Shown in pieces: positions 1-8,562 of a DNA stretch of 37,218 bases (position 1 is its first letter; each line of letters opens with the position of its first letter). The translations under genes were made by a program, and so were the position numbers. Source of the stretch: an uncultured Candidatus Saccharibacteria bacterium (GTDB lineage: Bacteria > Patescibacteriota > UBA1384 > XYA2-FULL-43-10); the NCBI GenBank assembly GCA_964426805.1, contig CAYRRY010000004.1:1-37218 (forward strand), in the 5' to 3' direction. The notes below the pieces were generated by a model, which worked only from the letters and a program-made list of their open reading frames with translations, searched no databases and was not told the DNA's origin.

Positions 1-45
1 TCAAGGCAGCGTATTTTAGTATTTACTAGACTATATTATTTTTAG

Positions 46-54
46 TTATCCACA
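46..54 (+). promoter_or_regulatory. DnaA box (TTATCCACA)
   Basis: Exact match to the consensus DnaA box in intergenic DNA. Near-identical 14-mer context AGTTATC(C/A)ACAGGC recurs at 11792-11805. Confidence 0.5.
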
Positions 55-60
55 GGCAAA

Positions 61-660
61 TTAGAATATGTTTCTCACAAAATCAACTACCCTATCGATA
101 AGTTTTAGAACGGTGGGTTTCTCTTTGGCGAACATATTGGTTACCATATATGTAGTATGTGTGTTTTGATCTTCTGTATATTCACCCTTAACAACACCAA
201 TACCTGTTTCGTCGAAATCTGGGTTTAAAATATTGTTTCTATGAGTAGCAGACTGCATCCAAGACCTGACCATACCCTCGGAGGTATCAAAATCCATAGC
301 TAGGTTTTCACCTGCATACAGATAATCATATCCTGAATCAGTGATAAAATCCCAAGGAGCAAGACCGAAAGCATAATGATCAAAGTAGTTTCTAGTTAAC
401 ATATCGTTAGATTTACTTTTCGAGGCCTCTTTAAGTTCGTCTCTTGACTCCAAAGAAGGTATCCCTCTATAGATTCTCTCTTTATTGATCAACTTCAGAA
501 TGTTGTCTTCGGTGATGTCCGAGGCTAGAGCAGCTGAAGCATTTGAGACCAATACGAATACGGAGAATAGTATAAGAGCCAGTATTGATACAGCCTCAAC
601 CGCAAAGTTGTTTTTTACGTTTGAATTTTTGTTTTTGTTTTTGTTTTTGTTTTTATTCAT
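61..660 (-). CDS. CAP (SCP/PR-1-like) domain exported protein
   Basis: N-terminal hydrophobic segment, then CAP motifs INKERxxRG, YFDH, AGENLA and WMQSATHRNNIL...ETGIG. Confidence 0.9.
   Translation of the reverse strand: MNKNKNKNKNKNSNVKNNFAVEAVSILALILFSVFVLVSNASAALASDITEDNILKLINKERIYRGIPSLESRDELKEASKSKSNDMLTRNYFDHYAFGLAPWDFITDSGYDYLYAGENLAMDFDTSEGMVRSWMQSATHRNNILNPDFDETGIGVVKGEYTEDQNTHTTYMVTNMFAKEKPTVLKLIDRVVDFVRNIF
626..655. repeat. Hexanucleotide tandem repeat (TTTTTG)x4 plus one imperfect copy, encoding the NKNKNK N-terminus
   Basis: Read directly at 626-655. The 6-nt unit keeps the CAP gene in frame. Confidence 0.85.
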
Positions 661-782
661 AAGATTACTTTTTATGATATTAAGCCATTATATACCTTTT
701 CTGCTCGTTTGTCAATAGCTTTTATGGTATAGTGCGGTGCGTCAACAAGGGGCAAACTTTTGACAAATAAAAAAAGACTATT

Positions 783-857
783 TGGTGGGCCTGGCTGGGT
801 TCGAACCAGCGACCAACCGGTTATGAGCCGGGTGCTCTACCACTGAGCTACAAGCCC
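783..857 (-). tRNA. tRNA with CAT anticodon, most likely tRNA-Ile2 (lysidine type); elongator Met not excluded
   Basis: Reverse complement GGGCTTGTAGCTCAGTGGTAGAGCACCCGGCTCATAACCGGTTGGTCGCTGGTTCGAACCCAGCCAGGCCCACCA folds as a cloverleaf with encoded CCA. It has a G1-C72 pair and lacks the initiator GGG/CCC anticodon stem. Confidence 0.92.
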
Positions 858-1055
858 AAATAATCTTTTGAATATATTATGTTTTATCTATTACTACCGT
901 TATAATACTAAAATTATGCCCATAATTCAATCCCATCCGATAGATCTGATTTATTAAGTTAGACATAAATATATTGATAGGATATAATTTATATAGATTT
1001 TAGATTATTTTAGGCTCAAATCTTTATTTTTTTTATTTAATATTTTATCTTTGAG

Positions 1056-2492
1056 GTGAGGGGTATGAAATATAAGACTAAAGTCGTATTGGAGTGGGTT
1101 ATTTTCTCGTTTTTGTCAGTAGTGTTAGTGCTCGCACTATCGCTTTTTTTCTATCAAAAAGCCTACGCTGGCAAAATCTACTATAACACCAAGGTAGCAG
1201 GTCTAGATGTAAGTGGTAAAACCAAAAGCCAGCTCGAATACATCTTGACTAACAAGATAGAAAGCTTGGAACAAAAAGAGGTTGTTCTCTCTGCGAACGA
1301 CCAACAGGTAACCGTGACCGTAGCTGAGTCGGGCTTAAGCGTAGATGTGAATAGTGTTCTGGATGACTCTTACGCTATCGGTCGAGACTTCAATTTTTTA
1401 AACCAGCTCTACAAATCGGCTACAACAGTATTTGTAAAAAAAGAGATTAAAATAAAAACAATATTGGACGAAGAAAAGTTCTCTTCTCTAATTTCTGAAA
1501 AAATCCCCTCTCTGAGCATAGATCCTGCAAATGCAGAGTTAAAAATAGAATCAGGAGAAATAGTAAAGGTGGCCGAAAAGAATGGTCAAAACGTAGATAC
1601 AGAGAACCTGGAGAACGAGATAGTGGCGTTGATAGATGAAGATGAGTCGAACAACTCATTTGTAATCGATTTAGCCACAACTCCGATAGAACCAGAAATT
1701 AAAATTGCTGATTTGGCAGAGGCAGAAACATACGCAAATACCATACTGGTCAAGCAATTATATCTAAACTATAACGGGACAAATTACTCCCCCACTCGTT
1801 CCAATATCGGTAATTGGTTATTTTTCTCAGTCGAAGATGGCAAATATTCAGCTTCACTGAGTGATAACGCAATAAAGACCTACTTATCTACCGTGGCTCA
1901 GAATTTTGAAATTAAAAAGATCGATAAAAAAATAAACGCCTCGAACAATGAAACTATCGAAGAAGGTCGAACTGGGGTTTATCTCGATAAAACGGGGGCT
2001 CTTGCTCAAATTAAATCACAAATCACAAATACAAATACTATAAGAGTTACTCTACAAACATATGAAGAGGCACCCGAGGAAGTAATGATTTTCTCAGCAG
2101 AGGGAATAGTCCCCGGTAGATATGAGGGTAAATACATCGATATTGATCTTTCTGGGCAGCAACTTTGTATGATAGAAACTAACAACATATTGGGCTGCTA
2201 TATAGTATCTTCCGGTAAAGCCTCTACGCCAACTCCGGTAGGAACAAGATTTATTCAAAGTAAACATCCCAAAGCGTGGTCAGCTACATATGGGCTTTAT
2301 ATGCCGTACTGGCAGGCTATGGGAGGAGGCTACGGCATACATGAGCTTCCAGAGTGGCCAGATGGTACCAAGGAGGGCGAAGACCACCTAGGCATCCCCG
2401 TTTCTCACGGCTGTGTCCGATTGGGAGTAGGAGCTGCAGAGGCAGTCTACAACTGGACAGATATCGGAACTCCGGTTTATATACATAAATAA
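1056..2492 (+). CDS. L,D-transpeptidase (YkuD domain) with N-terminal membrane anchor and PG_binding_4-like region
   Basis: C-terminal YIDIDLSGQ, VSSGK..TPTPVG, YGIH and catalytic SHGCVRL motifs; VAGLDVSGKT motif after the TM helix. The true start may be the ATG at 1065. Confidence 0.9.
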   Translation: MRGMKYKTKVVLEWVIFSFLSVVLVLALSLFFYQKAYAGKIYYNTKVAGLDVSGKTKSQLEYILTNKIESLEQKEVVLSANDQQVTVTVAESGLSVDVNSVLDDSYAIGRDFNFLNQLYKSATTVFVKKEIKIKTILDEEKFSSLISEKIPSLSIDPANAELKIESGEIVKVAEKNGQNVDTENLENEIVALIDEDESNNSFVIDLATTPIEPEIKIADLAEAETYANTILVKQLYLNYNGTNYSPTRSNIGNWLFFSVEDGKYSASLSDNAIKTYLSTVAQNFEIKKIDKKINASNNETIEEGRTGVYLDKTGALAQIKSQITNTNTIRVTLQTYEEAPEEVMIFSAEGIVPGRYEGKYIDIDLSGQQLCMIETNNILGCYIVSSGKASTPTPVGTRFIQSKHPKAWSATYGLYMPYWQAMGGGYGIHELPEWPDGTKEGEDHLGIPVSHGCVRLGVGAAEAVYNWTDIGTPVYIHK

Positions 2493-2511
2493 AAACCTTA
2501 TTACTATATAA

Positions 2512-2540
2512 AAAAACAACGGCTACAAGCCGTTGTTTTT
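2512..2540. terminator. Bidirectional intrinsic terminator
   Basis: AAAAACAACGGCT-ACA-AGCCGTTGTTTTT between convergent genes. Confidence 0.8.
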
Positions 2541-2558
2541 ATATATAGATTAGATACT

Positions 2559-5084
2559 TTAAATATCGGTAGCTGAAACAGATATCTTTGAACCTTTTTT
2601 GATTTCTCCAGAGAGCAACTTTTTAGCCAACAAATTTTCAAGTCTATTCTGTATAGCTCGAGCCATCGGTCGTGCTCCCATCTGCGGATCAAAACCGAGC
2701 TTAGCAAGCTTCGCTACTGCGTCTGGCAAAACCTCCAATTCCACTCCCTTGTTTTTTTTGATATCCTTTATCAATTTATCCAACATCAAGGTCGCAACCT
2801 TGTTTATCTCATCAAAACTAAGCGGGGAGAAAACAACAACCCCTGTAAATCTATTTAAAAATTCTGGTCGATATATATTTTTTTCCTGCAAGTGATTCAT
2901 CAGTGCCTGTCTAGTTTTTTCATATTCTGCGCCCGAGGAGATAGATTTTCGTATCAAATTGGCACCAGCGTTTGAAGTGGAGATAATAATAGTGTTAGTA
3001 AACGAAACTTTTCTTCCAGAGCCATCGGTTAGATGCCCTTCGTCTAAAACCTGCAAAAAGAGGTTTAGTATGTCGGGATGAGCCTTCTCTACCTCGTCAA
3101 ATAAGATTAGCGAAAAAGGCTTTTCTCGAACTTTTGATGTCAACTCACCCTGCTGTTCATCTCCGCCAATATTTGAGCCAATAAATCGGTATATATCCTG
3201 CTTGTTCTGATACTCCGACATGTCGAAACGAATCATCCGATCCTCTTCGCCAAAATATGACTCCGCCAAAGCTTTTGCAGTCTCAGTCTTTCCAACACCG
3301 GTTGAGCCCAAAAAGAGGAAAGATCCGATCGGTTTTTTGCTATCAGTTATCTGAGCTCGAGCCCTCCTCATGGCGTTTGCGATTGCGTTTATGGCCTCAT
3401 TTTGACCTACTACTCGCTTGTGCATCAGCTCCTCAAGAGCAAGGAGCTTCTTCTTCTCGCCTCCCTTGATTTGACTCGAGGGCACATCGTATTTCTCCAC
3501 TACATAGTCGTCTACGTCTTTTGGAGTAATGATTGTTTTTCCTCTCTCCGCTGCAGCTCTCGAAGCCGCACCATCTAATAATGTAATAGACTTCTCCGGA
3601 TTTGGGATATTTAGTATATATTTGTCAGCGGCTTTTATCGTCTCCTTTACTGTCTGATATGTAATTAGTGAACTTGTATGATACTCCACTCTAGGAACAA
3701 CGTCTTCCAATATTCGCACCATCTCCCCCTTGGTTGGCTCAGTAATATTTATCTTAGTAATATGCTGCATCAGAGCACCGTTGGTAGATATATACTTGTT
3801 GAAGCTCGAGATGTCAGAAGTTCCGATCAGATAAACCCCATTTGATTCTAGATAGTGGAGCAAAACCTCTGTGGCATTTACCTTACCTGCATCACCAGAA
3901 GAGAAAAGATTTTGAATATTATCGATAAACAAGATCATATTGCCAGCTCGAACTGCCTCGTTTAAAACACCTGTAAGCCTGGCTGTTATATCGCCACCGG
4001 TTCCTGCTCCAGCCAGTATAGCATCGGTATCTATCTCTACAACATGTTTATTTTTCAATGACCCCATCGCCTTGCCCTCAAGCACGCGCTTAGCAAAACC
4101 AAAAACAGTAGTCTGCTTACCAACTCCAGCATCACCAACCAAAATAGCATTGCCACCGGTTTGACGAGTCAGCGCCTCCTCCATACTTTTTATCTCCTTA
4201 TCATGACCAATAATTTCTAAACCCAAGCCTTTGTGGGATATGGCCTCTGTTAGGTCTGATGAGTACTGTTTAAGCAGGTTGGCATAGCCATAAGCCCAAT
4301 CGCGCCCAATCCCTCCCGTCAGATGTAAATCGTCGGGATCAATCAATTTCTTTTTGGCTTTTATGCCGTCTCGGATTACATCTGTCTGCCAATAAACAAT
4401 ATTTAGTATGTCCTTTACGTCCAGTCCCAAATCCTCGATATATCTATTTACCTCACTCTGGTATTCACAGATCGCTACAAAAAGATCGCCAACCTCTATC
4501 TGATGATGCGATTCTGTTTCAGCGATTTTCAGAGCTCTGGCAACAAAATCAATCAAGCTCTTCTTGGGAGAGATAGCCTTAGCCAATTTTTCAATCTCCC
4601 GCCTTGGTACCCCAATTCGAGCCAAGACAAAAGCCATATCTTTCGAATTGCTCAGAGCCAAAAGTAAATCTTTAGAGTTTTTCTTCTGCCAATTTTCGCC
4701 TATCCCCCGGCTCCAAACTTTCGCCAGCTCAAACGAAAATACTTTATAAAGATTAAATTCTTCCCCCATCTTCGCTTTTTCTATCGCTTGTTCAATGCCG
4801 ATAGGTTTTGGGTAACAAAGCTTGATTTTATAGTATGTACGAACTAGCAAATAAAGCACAAATATACCTAAGACAATATAGGCTAAGCCATATATTTGAT
4901 CTGAGGTTTCTATATAACCACTAATACTGCCGGCTAGGGTCAAAATCGCCCATGCTCCAGCCAACCATACTAAAAGAAATATCGCTTTCAGTGCAAAATT
5001 ATCGACGATAATAGCTAAATTAACCGCCTTGCCGATAATTGTTCCACTCTTAGTAATTTTCAAATTTTTGACTTGATTAAGCAT
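2559..5084 (-). CDS. ClpA/ClpB-family double AAA+ ATPase with N-terminal transmembrane helices
   Basis: AAA1 has GDAGVGKQT and ILFIDNIQ. AAA2 has PIGSFLFLGSTGVGKTETAK, RFDMSEY, LFDEVEKAHPD, RPEFLNR and GARPM. Start moved to ATG 5084 (MLNQVK) to avoid overlap with the upstream gene. Confidence 0.88.
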   Translation of the reverse strand: MLNQVKNLKITKSGTIIGKAVNLAIIVDNFALKAIFLLVWLAGAWAILTLAGSISGYIETSDQIYGLAYIVLGIFVLYLLVRTYYKIKLCYPKPIGIEQAIEKAKMGEEFNLYKVFSFELAKVWSRGIGENWQKKNSKDLLLALSNSKDMAFVLARIGVPRREIEKLAKAISPKKSLIDFVARALKIAETESHHQIEVGDLFVAICEYQSEVNRYIEDLGLDVKDILNIVYWQTDVIRDGIKAKKKLIDPDDLHLTGGIGRDWAYGYANLLKQYSSDLTEAISHKGLGLEIIGHDKEIKSMEEALTRQTGGNAILVGDAGVGKQTTVFGFAKRVLEGKAMGSLKNKHVVEIDTDAILAGAGTGGDITARLTGVLNEAVRAGNMILFIDNIQNLFSSGDAGKVNATEVLLHYLESNGVYLIGTSDISSFNKYISTNGALMQHITKINITEPTKGEMVRILEDVVPRVEYHTSSLITYQTVKETIKAADKYILNIPNPEKSITLLDGAASRAAAERGKTIITPKDVDDYVVEKYDVPSSQIKGGEKKKLLALEELMHKRVVGQNEAINAIANAMRRARAQITDSKKPIGSFLFLGSTGVGKTETAKALAESYFGEEDRMIRFDMSEYQNKQDIYRFIGSNIGGDEQQGELTSKVREKPFSLILFDEVEKAHPDILNLFLQVLDEGHLTDGSGRKVSFTNTIIISTSNAGANLIRKSISSGAEYEKTRQALMNHLQEKNIYRPEFLNRFTGVVVFSPLSFDEINKVATLMLDKLIKDIKKNKGVELEVLPDAVAKLAKLGFDPQMGARPMARAIQNRLENLLAKKLLSGEIKKGSKISVSATDI

Positions 5085-5092
5085 GGTTTTTA

Positions 5093-5482
5093 TTAAATTA
5101 GTGTAAATCCAAAAACAATCGAATATATGGCGAGCAGAGGTAAAATAGGCCAAATGATTAGAGCCGCAACCGAGACTATCAAGGTTGCCGCTTCAGCAAA
5201 AATATAAGCCAAAAGAACAAAAGTTTTCATCAAAAAACCGATGATACGAGAAGAGACATTCAGAGACCAAACTTCGAAACGCTGTTTTATTGTAAGACCT
5301 TCATAGCTAATCACATCTCTTTTCCACGGCGCAAATAGGGTTTTGAAGAGAATACGAACAGAAAATACATCAAAATTTATGATTTGGATTGCTTTAATAT
5401 ACTTCCAAACCCTAAAATATGCTTCTTTGTAGTACCAGTTTACAAATATCAGACTTAAACTAATATTCCCCTCCAAGTGCAT
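5093..5482 (-). CDS. Hypothetical membrane protein, probably co-transcribed with the Clp-like ATPase
   Basis: WYY...FSVRILFKTLFAPWKR...SRIIGF motif and hydrophobic C-terminus; ends 8 bp before the ATPase start. Confidence 0.75.
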   Translation of the reverse strand: MHLEGNISLSLIFVNWYYKEAYFRVWKYIKAIQIINFDVFSVRILFKTLFAPWKRDVISYEGLTIKQRFEVWSLNVSSRIIGFLMKTFVLLAYIFAEAATLIVSVAALIIWPILPLLAIYSIVFGFTLI

Positions 5483-5485
5483 TAC

Positions 5486-5686
5486 TTAATAACTTATAGC
5501 CTGAGACGGACAGCCATCTACAGCTTCTTTGGCCTGCTCTTTCTCCTCCGGACTTTCCGGTTGCTTTTTCACTTTCGATTTTCCCTCATCGTCGGACTTG
5601 AAAAGCTCTGGCTCAACCCCATAACAGGTTCCGCAGGCGATACAAGAGTCCTCGTCCACTGCTAACTTTTTTTCTTTTTCTGTCAT
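5486..5686 (-). CDS. Monocluster ferredoxin
   Basis: CIACGTC...CPSQAIS pattern in a 66-aa acidic protein. Confidence 0.92.
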   Translation of the reverse strand: MTEKEKKLAVDEDSCIACGTCYGVEPELFKSDDEGKSKVKKQPESPEEKEQAKEAVDGCPSQAISY

Positions 5687-5813
5687 AATTTATTCCTAAG
5701 TGTTTAATTAAAATACGGCAAAAATGCACGTATTTGCGCTTAATACTATATTAACAATATTTATCCTTTGTGGGAAGTATTTTCATAAAAGTATGATTAA
5801 ACCATAAAAGCCC

Positions 5814-5842
5814 TTGACAAAGAGCAATATTTAATATATAAT
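5814..5842 (+). promoter_or_regulatory. Consensus sigma70 promoter
   Basis: TTGACA (5814-5819), 17-bp spacer, TATAAT (5837-5842). Confidence 0.85.
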
Positions 5843-5923
5843 GGTCTAATCATCAAAAATTGGTGATATCCCGAAAAGGCCAAAATAGCCTTGAGGGGTC
5901 AATAAAACAAAACTGGAGGAATT

Positions 5924-6061
5924 ATGAGACGAGTAATCGCAAACGTAGGTTCAGACCAGCATGTAGACTATGAAAGTCTAAATGCTCTAGAAGCTGTATC
6001 TATGTCAACTGTAGCCGTGATGGCTGTTGTACTTGGTACAATCTACGGTTCAATACTTTAA
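5924..6061 (+). CDS. Small 45-aa peptide with hydrophobic C-terminus (not in ORF track)
   Basis: MRRVIANVGSDQHVDYESLNALEAVSMSTVAVMAVVLGTIYGSIL. GGAGG at 5915-5919, perfect promoter upstream and terminator downstream. Confidence 0.7.
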   Translation: MRRVIANVGSDQHVDYESLNALEAVSMSTVAVMAVVLGTIYGSIL

Positions 6062-6080
6062 GCAAAAGACTTTCTATGTA

Positions 6081-6111
6081 ACAAAAAATCCCCTTCTTGG
6101 GGATTTTTTGT
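6081..6111. terminator. Bidirectional intrinsic terminator
   Basis: ACAAAAAATCCCC-TTCTT-GGGGATTTTTTGT between the small ORF and the convergent csoR-like gene. Confidence 0.85.
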
Positions 6112-6134
6112 TTGTAGACAACAAAACTAGATAT

Positions 6135-6374
6135 TTATTTTTTGATAGAGCGCAGGAGAGCCTTGATTTCACGTTCCTCTAACACTACTTTGCCTTGGTC
6201 ACTCTTTAACATCGATTCGATCAACGAACTAATGCATGATGCCAGCGAAGAACGAGCGGCTTCGAGCTGGATAAGCAGATCCTCTTCTCTGCGATCTTTG
6301 GACACCATATCCTCTATTCCTCGAATCTGGCCCTCTATTCGACGCAATCTATTGTATATTTTTTGATGTTTCAT
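6135..6374 (-). CDS. CsoR/RcnR/FrmR-family transcriptional repressor (atypical ligand set)
   Basis: Family signature RLRRIEGQIRGIEDMV...LLIQLEAARSSL. Confidence 0.88.
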   Translation of the reverse strand: MKHQKIYNRLRRIEGQIRGIEDMVSKDRREEDLLIQLEAARSSLASCISSLIESMLKSDQGKVVLEEREIKALLRSIKK

Positions 6375-6447
6375 AGTTTGGGCTTTAGTTTTTTAGGTAT
6401 TAACTTATCTAGAAGTTTTATCCCCAGATATACCCCCCACTATCCAC

Positions 6448-6475
6448 ATTATACCCCCCGGCGGTATTAGTTCAA
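6448..6475 (-). promoter_or_regulatory. Promoter of the csoR-like gene with overlapping CsoR-type operator
   Basis: Minus-strand TTGAAC (6475-6470), 16 bp, TATAAT (6453-6448). Operator-like ATACC-CCCCGGC-GGTAT at 6451-6467 is an inverted repeat around a C-tract, typical of CsoR/RcnR sites. A second half site TATACCCCCC lies at 6429-6438. Confidence 0.7.
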
Positions 6476-6510
6476 GCGTAAATATCAACCTCAGGCAAAC
6501 TAGAACATTA

Positions 6511-7746
6511 TTATAAACTCAGAAGGTCTGGGCGGAAAGCGAGAATCACTCCTAAGACGATTATCAGCACTCCCCCGACTAGTTTCATCCACTTCTCGTA
6601 ACGAGAGCCAACATTTACATATTTCAAGGTAGTAGCAGCAATTACGAAAATTATGATATCGTCCAGCATATAGACCGTGTTGTATAAAGCTAGGTATAAG
6701 TATTTTTGAACGGTGCTCAATCCGCTAGAGGCCAGTATCTGCGAGTAGATGACAGGAAGACCGATAGAACAGACCATCTCAACCAAATTTACAGAAAAGG
6801 CCAAGGCAATCACACCGGCGATCATCAACCACAGAGAGTTCGACTTAGAAATAGTTTTCATCTTGCCGACCAAGCCTTGTTGCTGTTTCTGGGTGGTAAC
6901 TTTGCAAACACCGGGTTGATAGTTAATAAAATCTCGGATATAGACAATTCCCGCAACCAGGGCAACAACTGCTATCAAATAGCGAATCGCAGCCACAAAG
7001 GAGAGGAAAATGAATGTATTTAAGTAAAGTGAAATAAAGAGATAATAGATAAGCCACGAAGAGATAAGGAAGGATAGACCTATTACAATTATCTTTTTTT
7101 TGTTTTTTGTAGATAAAAGGATAGTAATCAGCGCTACCAGCGCCCACATGGCGCAGGGGTTGAAACCGTCAACTAGTCCTAAAACTACGGTAATAACAGG
7201 AATTGAAAGATTTGCCGTTTTGATTTCTCCGATAAATGGCAAATCAACACTTCGCTCACCTATCTCGCCTTCAATACAATACAAATTGTATATTGATTCT
7301 TTTATATCTAGACCCGTTAAATCATCACCTCCATAACCAACAAAGGTCTGGTGCCCCACAAAAACAGTCGGCACTGCCCTGTCTTTGACTTCTCGCTCTT
7401 CGAACATGCTGATCATCTTCTGATAGTTGTCCTGGTTGTGCCAAACCTCGTATTTCTCTACTTCGACTTCAGGATGATCTTTCAATATATCTTCAGACAA
7501 ATATTTATCAAATTCAGCACAGTGAGAACACTCATCACCATAAAAAACGTAGACTATTTTATCACATTCGTCTGTATGTCCACTCTCACCGTACTCTTTA
7601 GCATCACCACTTGATTCACACTCTCCTAAATTTTCAACATCACAAATATCACCCTCAGCCTTAGAAGCAGTCGGTAATAACAAAAAAAGAGCAACCAAAA
7701 ATGCAAAGGATAAGCTCAAATATTTAAATCTTGTTAACTTTGTCAT
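6511..7746 (-). CDS. Glutaredoxin/thioredoxin-like domain fused to a CcdA/DsbD-like membrane domain
   Basis: Signal peptide, FYGDECSHC and cis-Pro VPT motif, then GLVDGFNPCAMW and NLVEMVCSIGLP in multiple TM helices. Start moved to ATG 7746 (MTKL). Confidence 0.8.
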   Translation of the reverse strand: MTKLTRFKYLSLSFAFLVALFLLLPTASKAEGDICDVENLGECESSGDAKEYGESGHTDECDKIVYVFYGDECSHCAEFDKYLSEDILKDHPEVEVEKYEVWHNQDNYQKMISMFEEREVKDRAVPTVFVGHQTFVGYGGDDLTGLDIKESIYNLYCIEGEIGERSVDLPFIGEIKTANLSIPVITVVLGLVDGFNPCAMWALVALITILLSTKNKKKIIVIGLSFLISSWLIYYLFISLYLNTFIFLSFVAAIRYLIAVVALVAGIVYIRDFINYQPGVCKVTTQKQQQGLVGKMKTISKSNSLWLMIAGVIALAFSVNLVEMVCSIGLPVIYSQILASSGLSTVQKYLYLALYNTVYMLDDIIIFVIAATTLKYVNVGSRYEKWMKLVGGVLIIVLGVILAFRPDLLSL

Positions 7747-7756
7747 TAGTATATTT

Positions 7757-8503
7757 TTATCCAAATAATAAAAGTAGATACATAATCGTAAAGCCGGCAA
7801 CAAAAGCGACAAGTTGTATCAAAGATTTTCCAGCTCCTTTTTCTTTGTGCAGTTCTGGGACAAGACCTGAAAGAGCAATATATATAAAACCACCGGCAGT
7901 CAAAGGCAACATAAGATAAATAAAGCTCTCTATTCTTGTCCCAATCAAGAGAGCAACCACCGTACCAACAACCGCTGTCAAGGCTGAAAGAAAATTGTAA
8001 ATTATCGCTTTTTTAATCTTAAAACCCGAGTGAAGCAAAACTCCAAAGTCACCTAACTCTTGGGGAATTTCATGAGCTATCACAGCTATGGTAACCGTAA
8101 TCCCGAGAGGAATGCTAACTAAGTAGCTTGAACCTATCAAAACTCCATCGATAAAATTGTGAGCTGCATCACCTACCAAATTCATAGTACCCAAATGCTT
8201 TGGATGCCGATCACAATCGATATCATGGCAGTGACGCCATCGTAAAAATTTCTCAAGGATGAAAAATAACAATATACCGAAAAACAGATAAAGAGAGATA
8301 GCAGTATTAAAACTGCCAACTATTTCAACTGCTTCGGGCAAAAGATGCAAAAAAGCTCCTCCTATTAGCGCCCCAGCCGAAAAAGCAACTAAAATGAGTA
8401 AGATCTTTTTCAGAAAATCTTTTTTCATAGCTAAAGCCAAAACACCAACTAAAGACAGAACTGAAACTATTATTACACTAGTTAATGCATATCCCCAGAC
8501 CAT
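7757..8503 (-). CDS. ZIP-family divalent metal (Zn/Fe) transporter
   Basis: FLHLLPEA, His-rich loop RHCH, GDAAHNFIDG, AHEIPQELGDFG and LVPEL motifs. Confidence 0.93.
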   Translation of the reverse strand: MVWGYALTSVIIVSVLSLVGVLALAMKKDFLKKILLILVAFSAGALIGGAFLHLLPEAVEIVGSFNTAISLYLFFGILLFFILEKFLRWRHCHDIDCDRHPKHLGTMNLVGDAAHNFIDGVLIGSSYLVSIPLGITVTIAVIAHEIPQELGDFGVLLHSGFKIKKAIIYNFLSALTAVVGTVVALLIGTRIESFIYLMLPLTAGGFIYIALSGLVPELHKEKGAGKSLIQLVAFVAGFTIMYLLLLFG

Positions 8504-8562
8504 AGTAAAAAATATTAATGATTCTATTTAAATCCTAGTACTATCGAGGCTAAATGTCAAAA

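Noticed and set aside
1..60. Replication origin suggested by a DnaA box
   Set aside because: Single box at the window edge, with no visible box cluster or dnaA gene.
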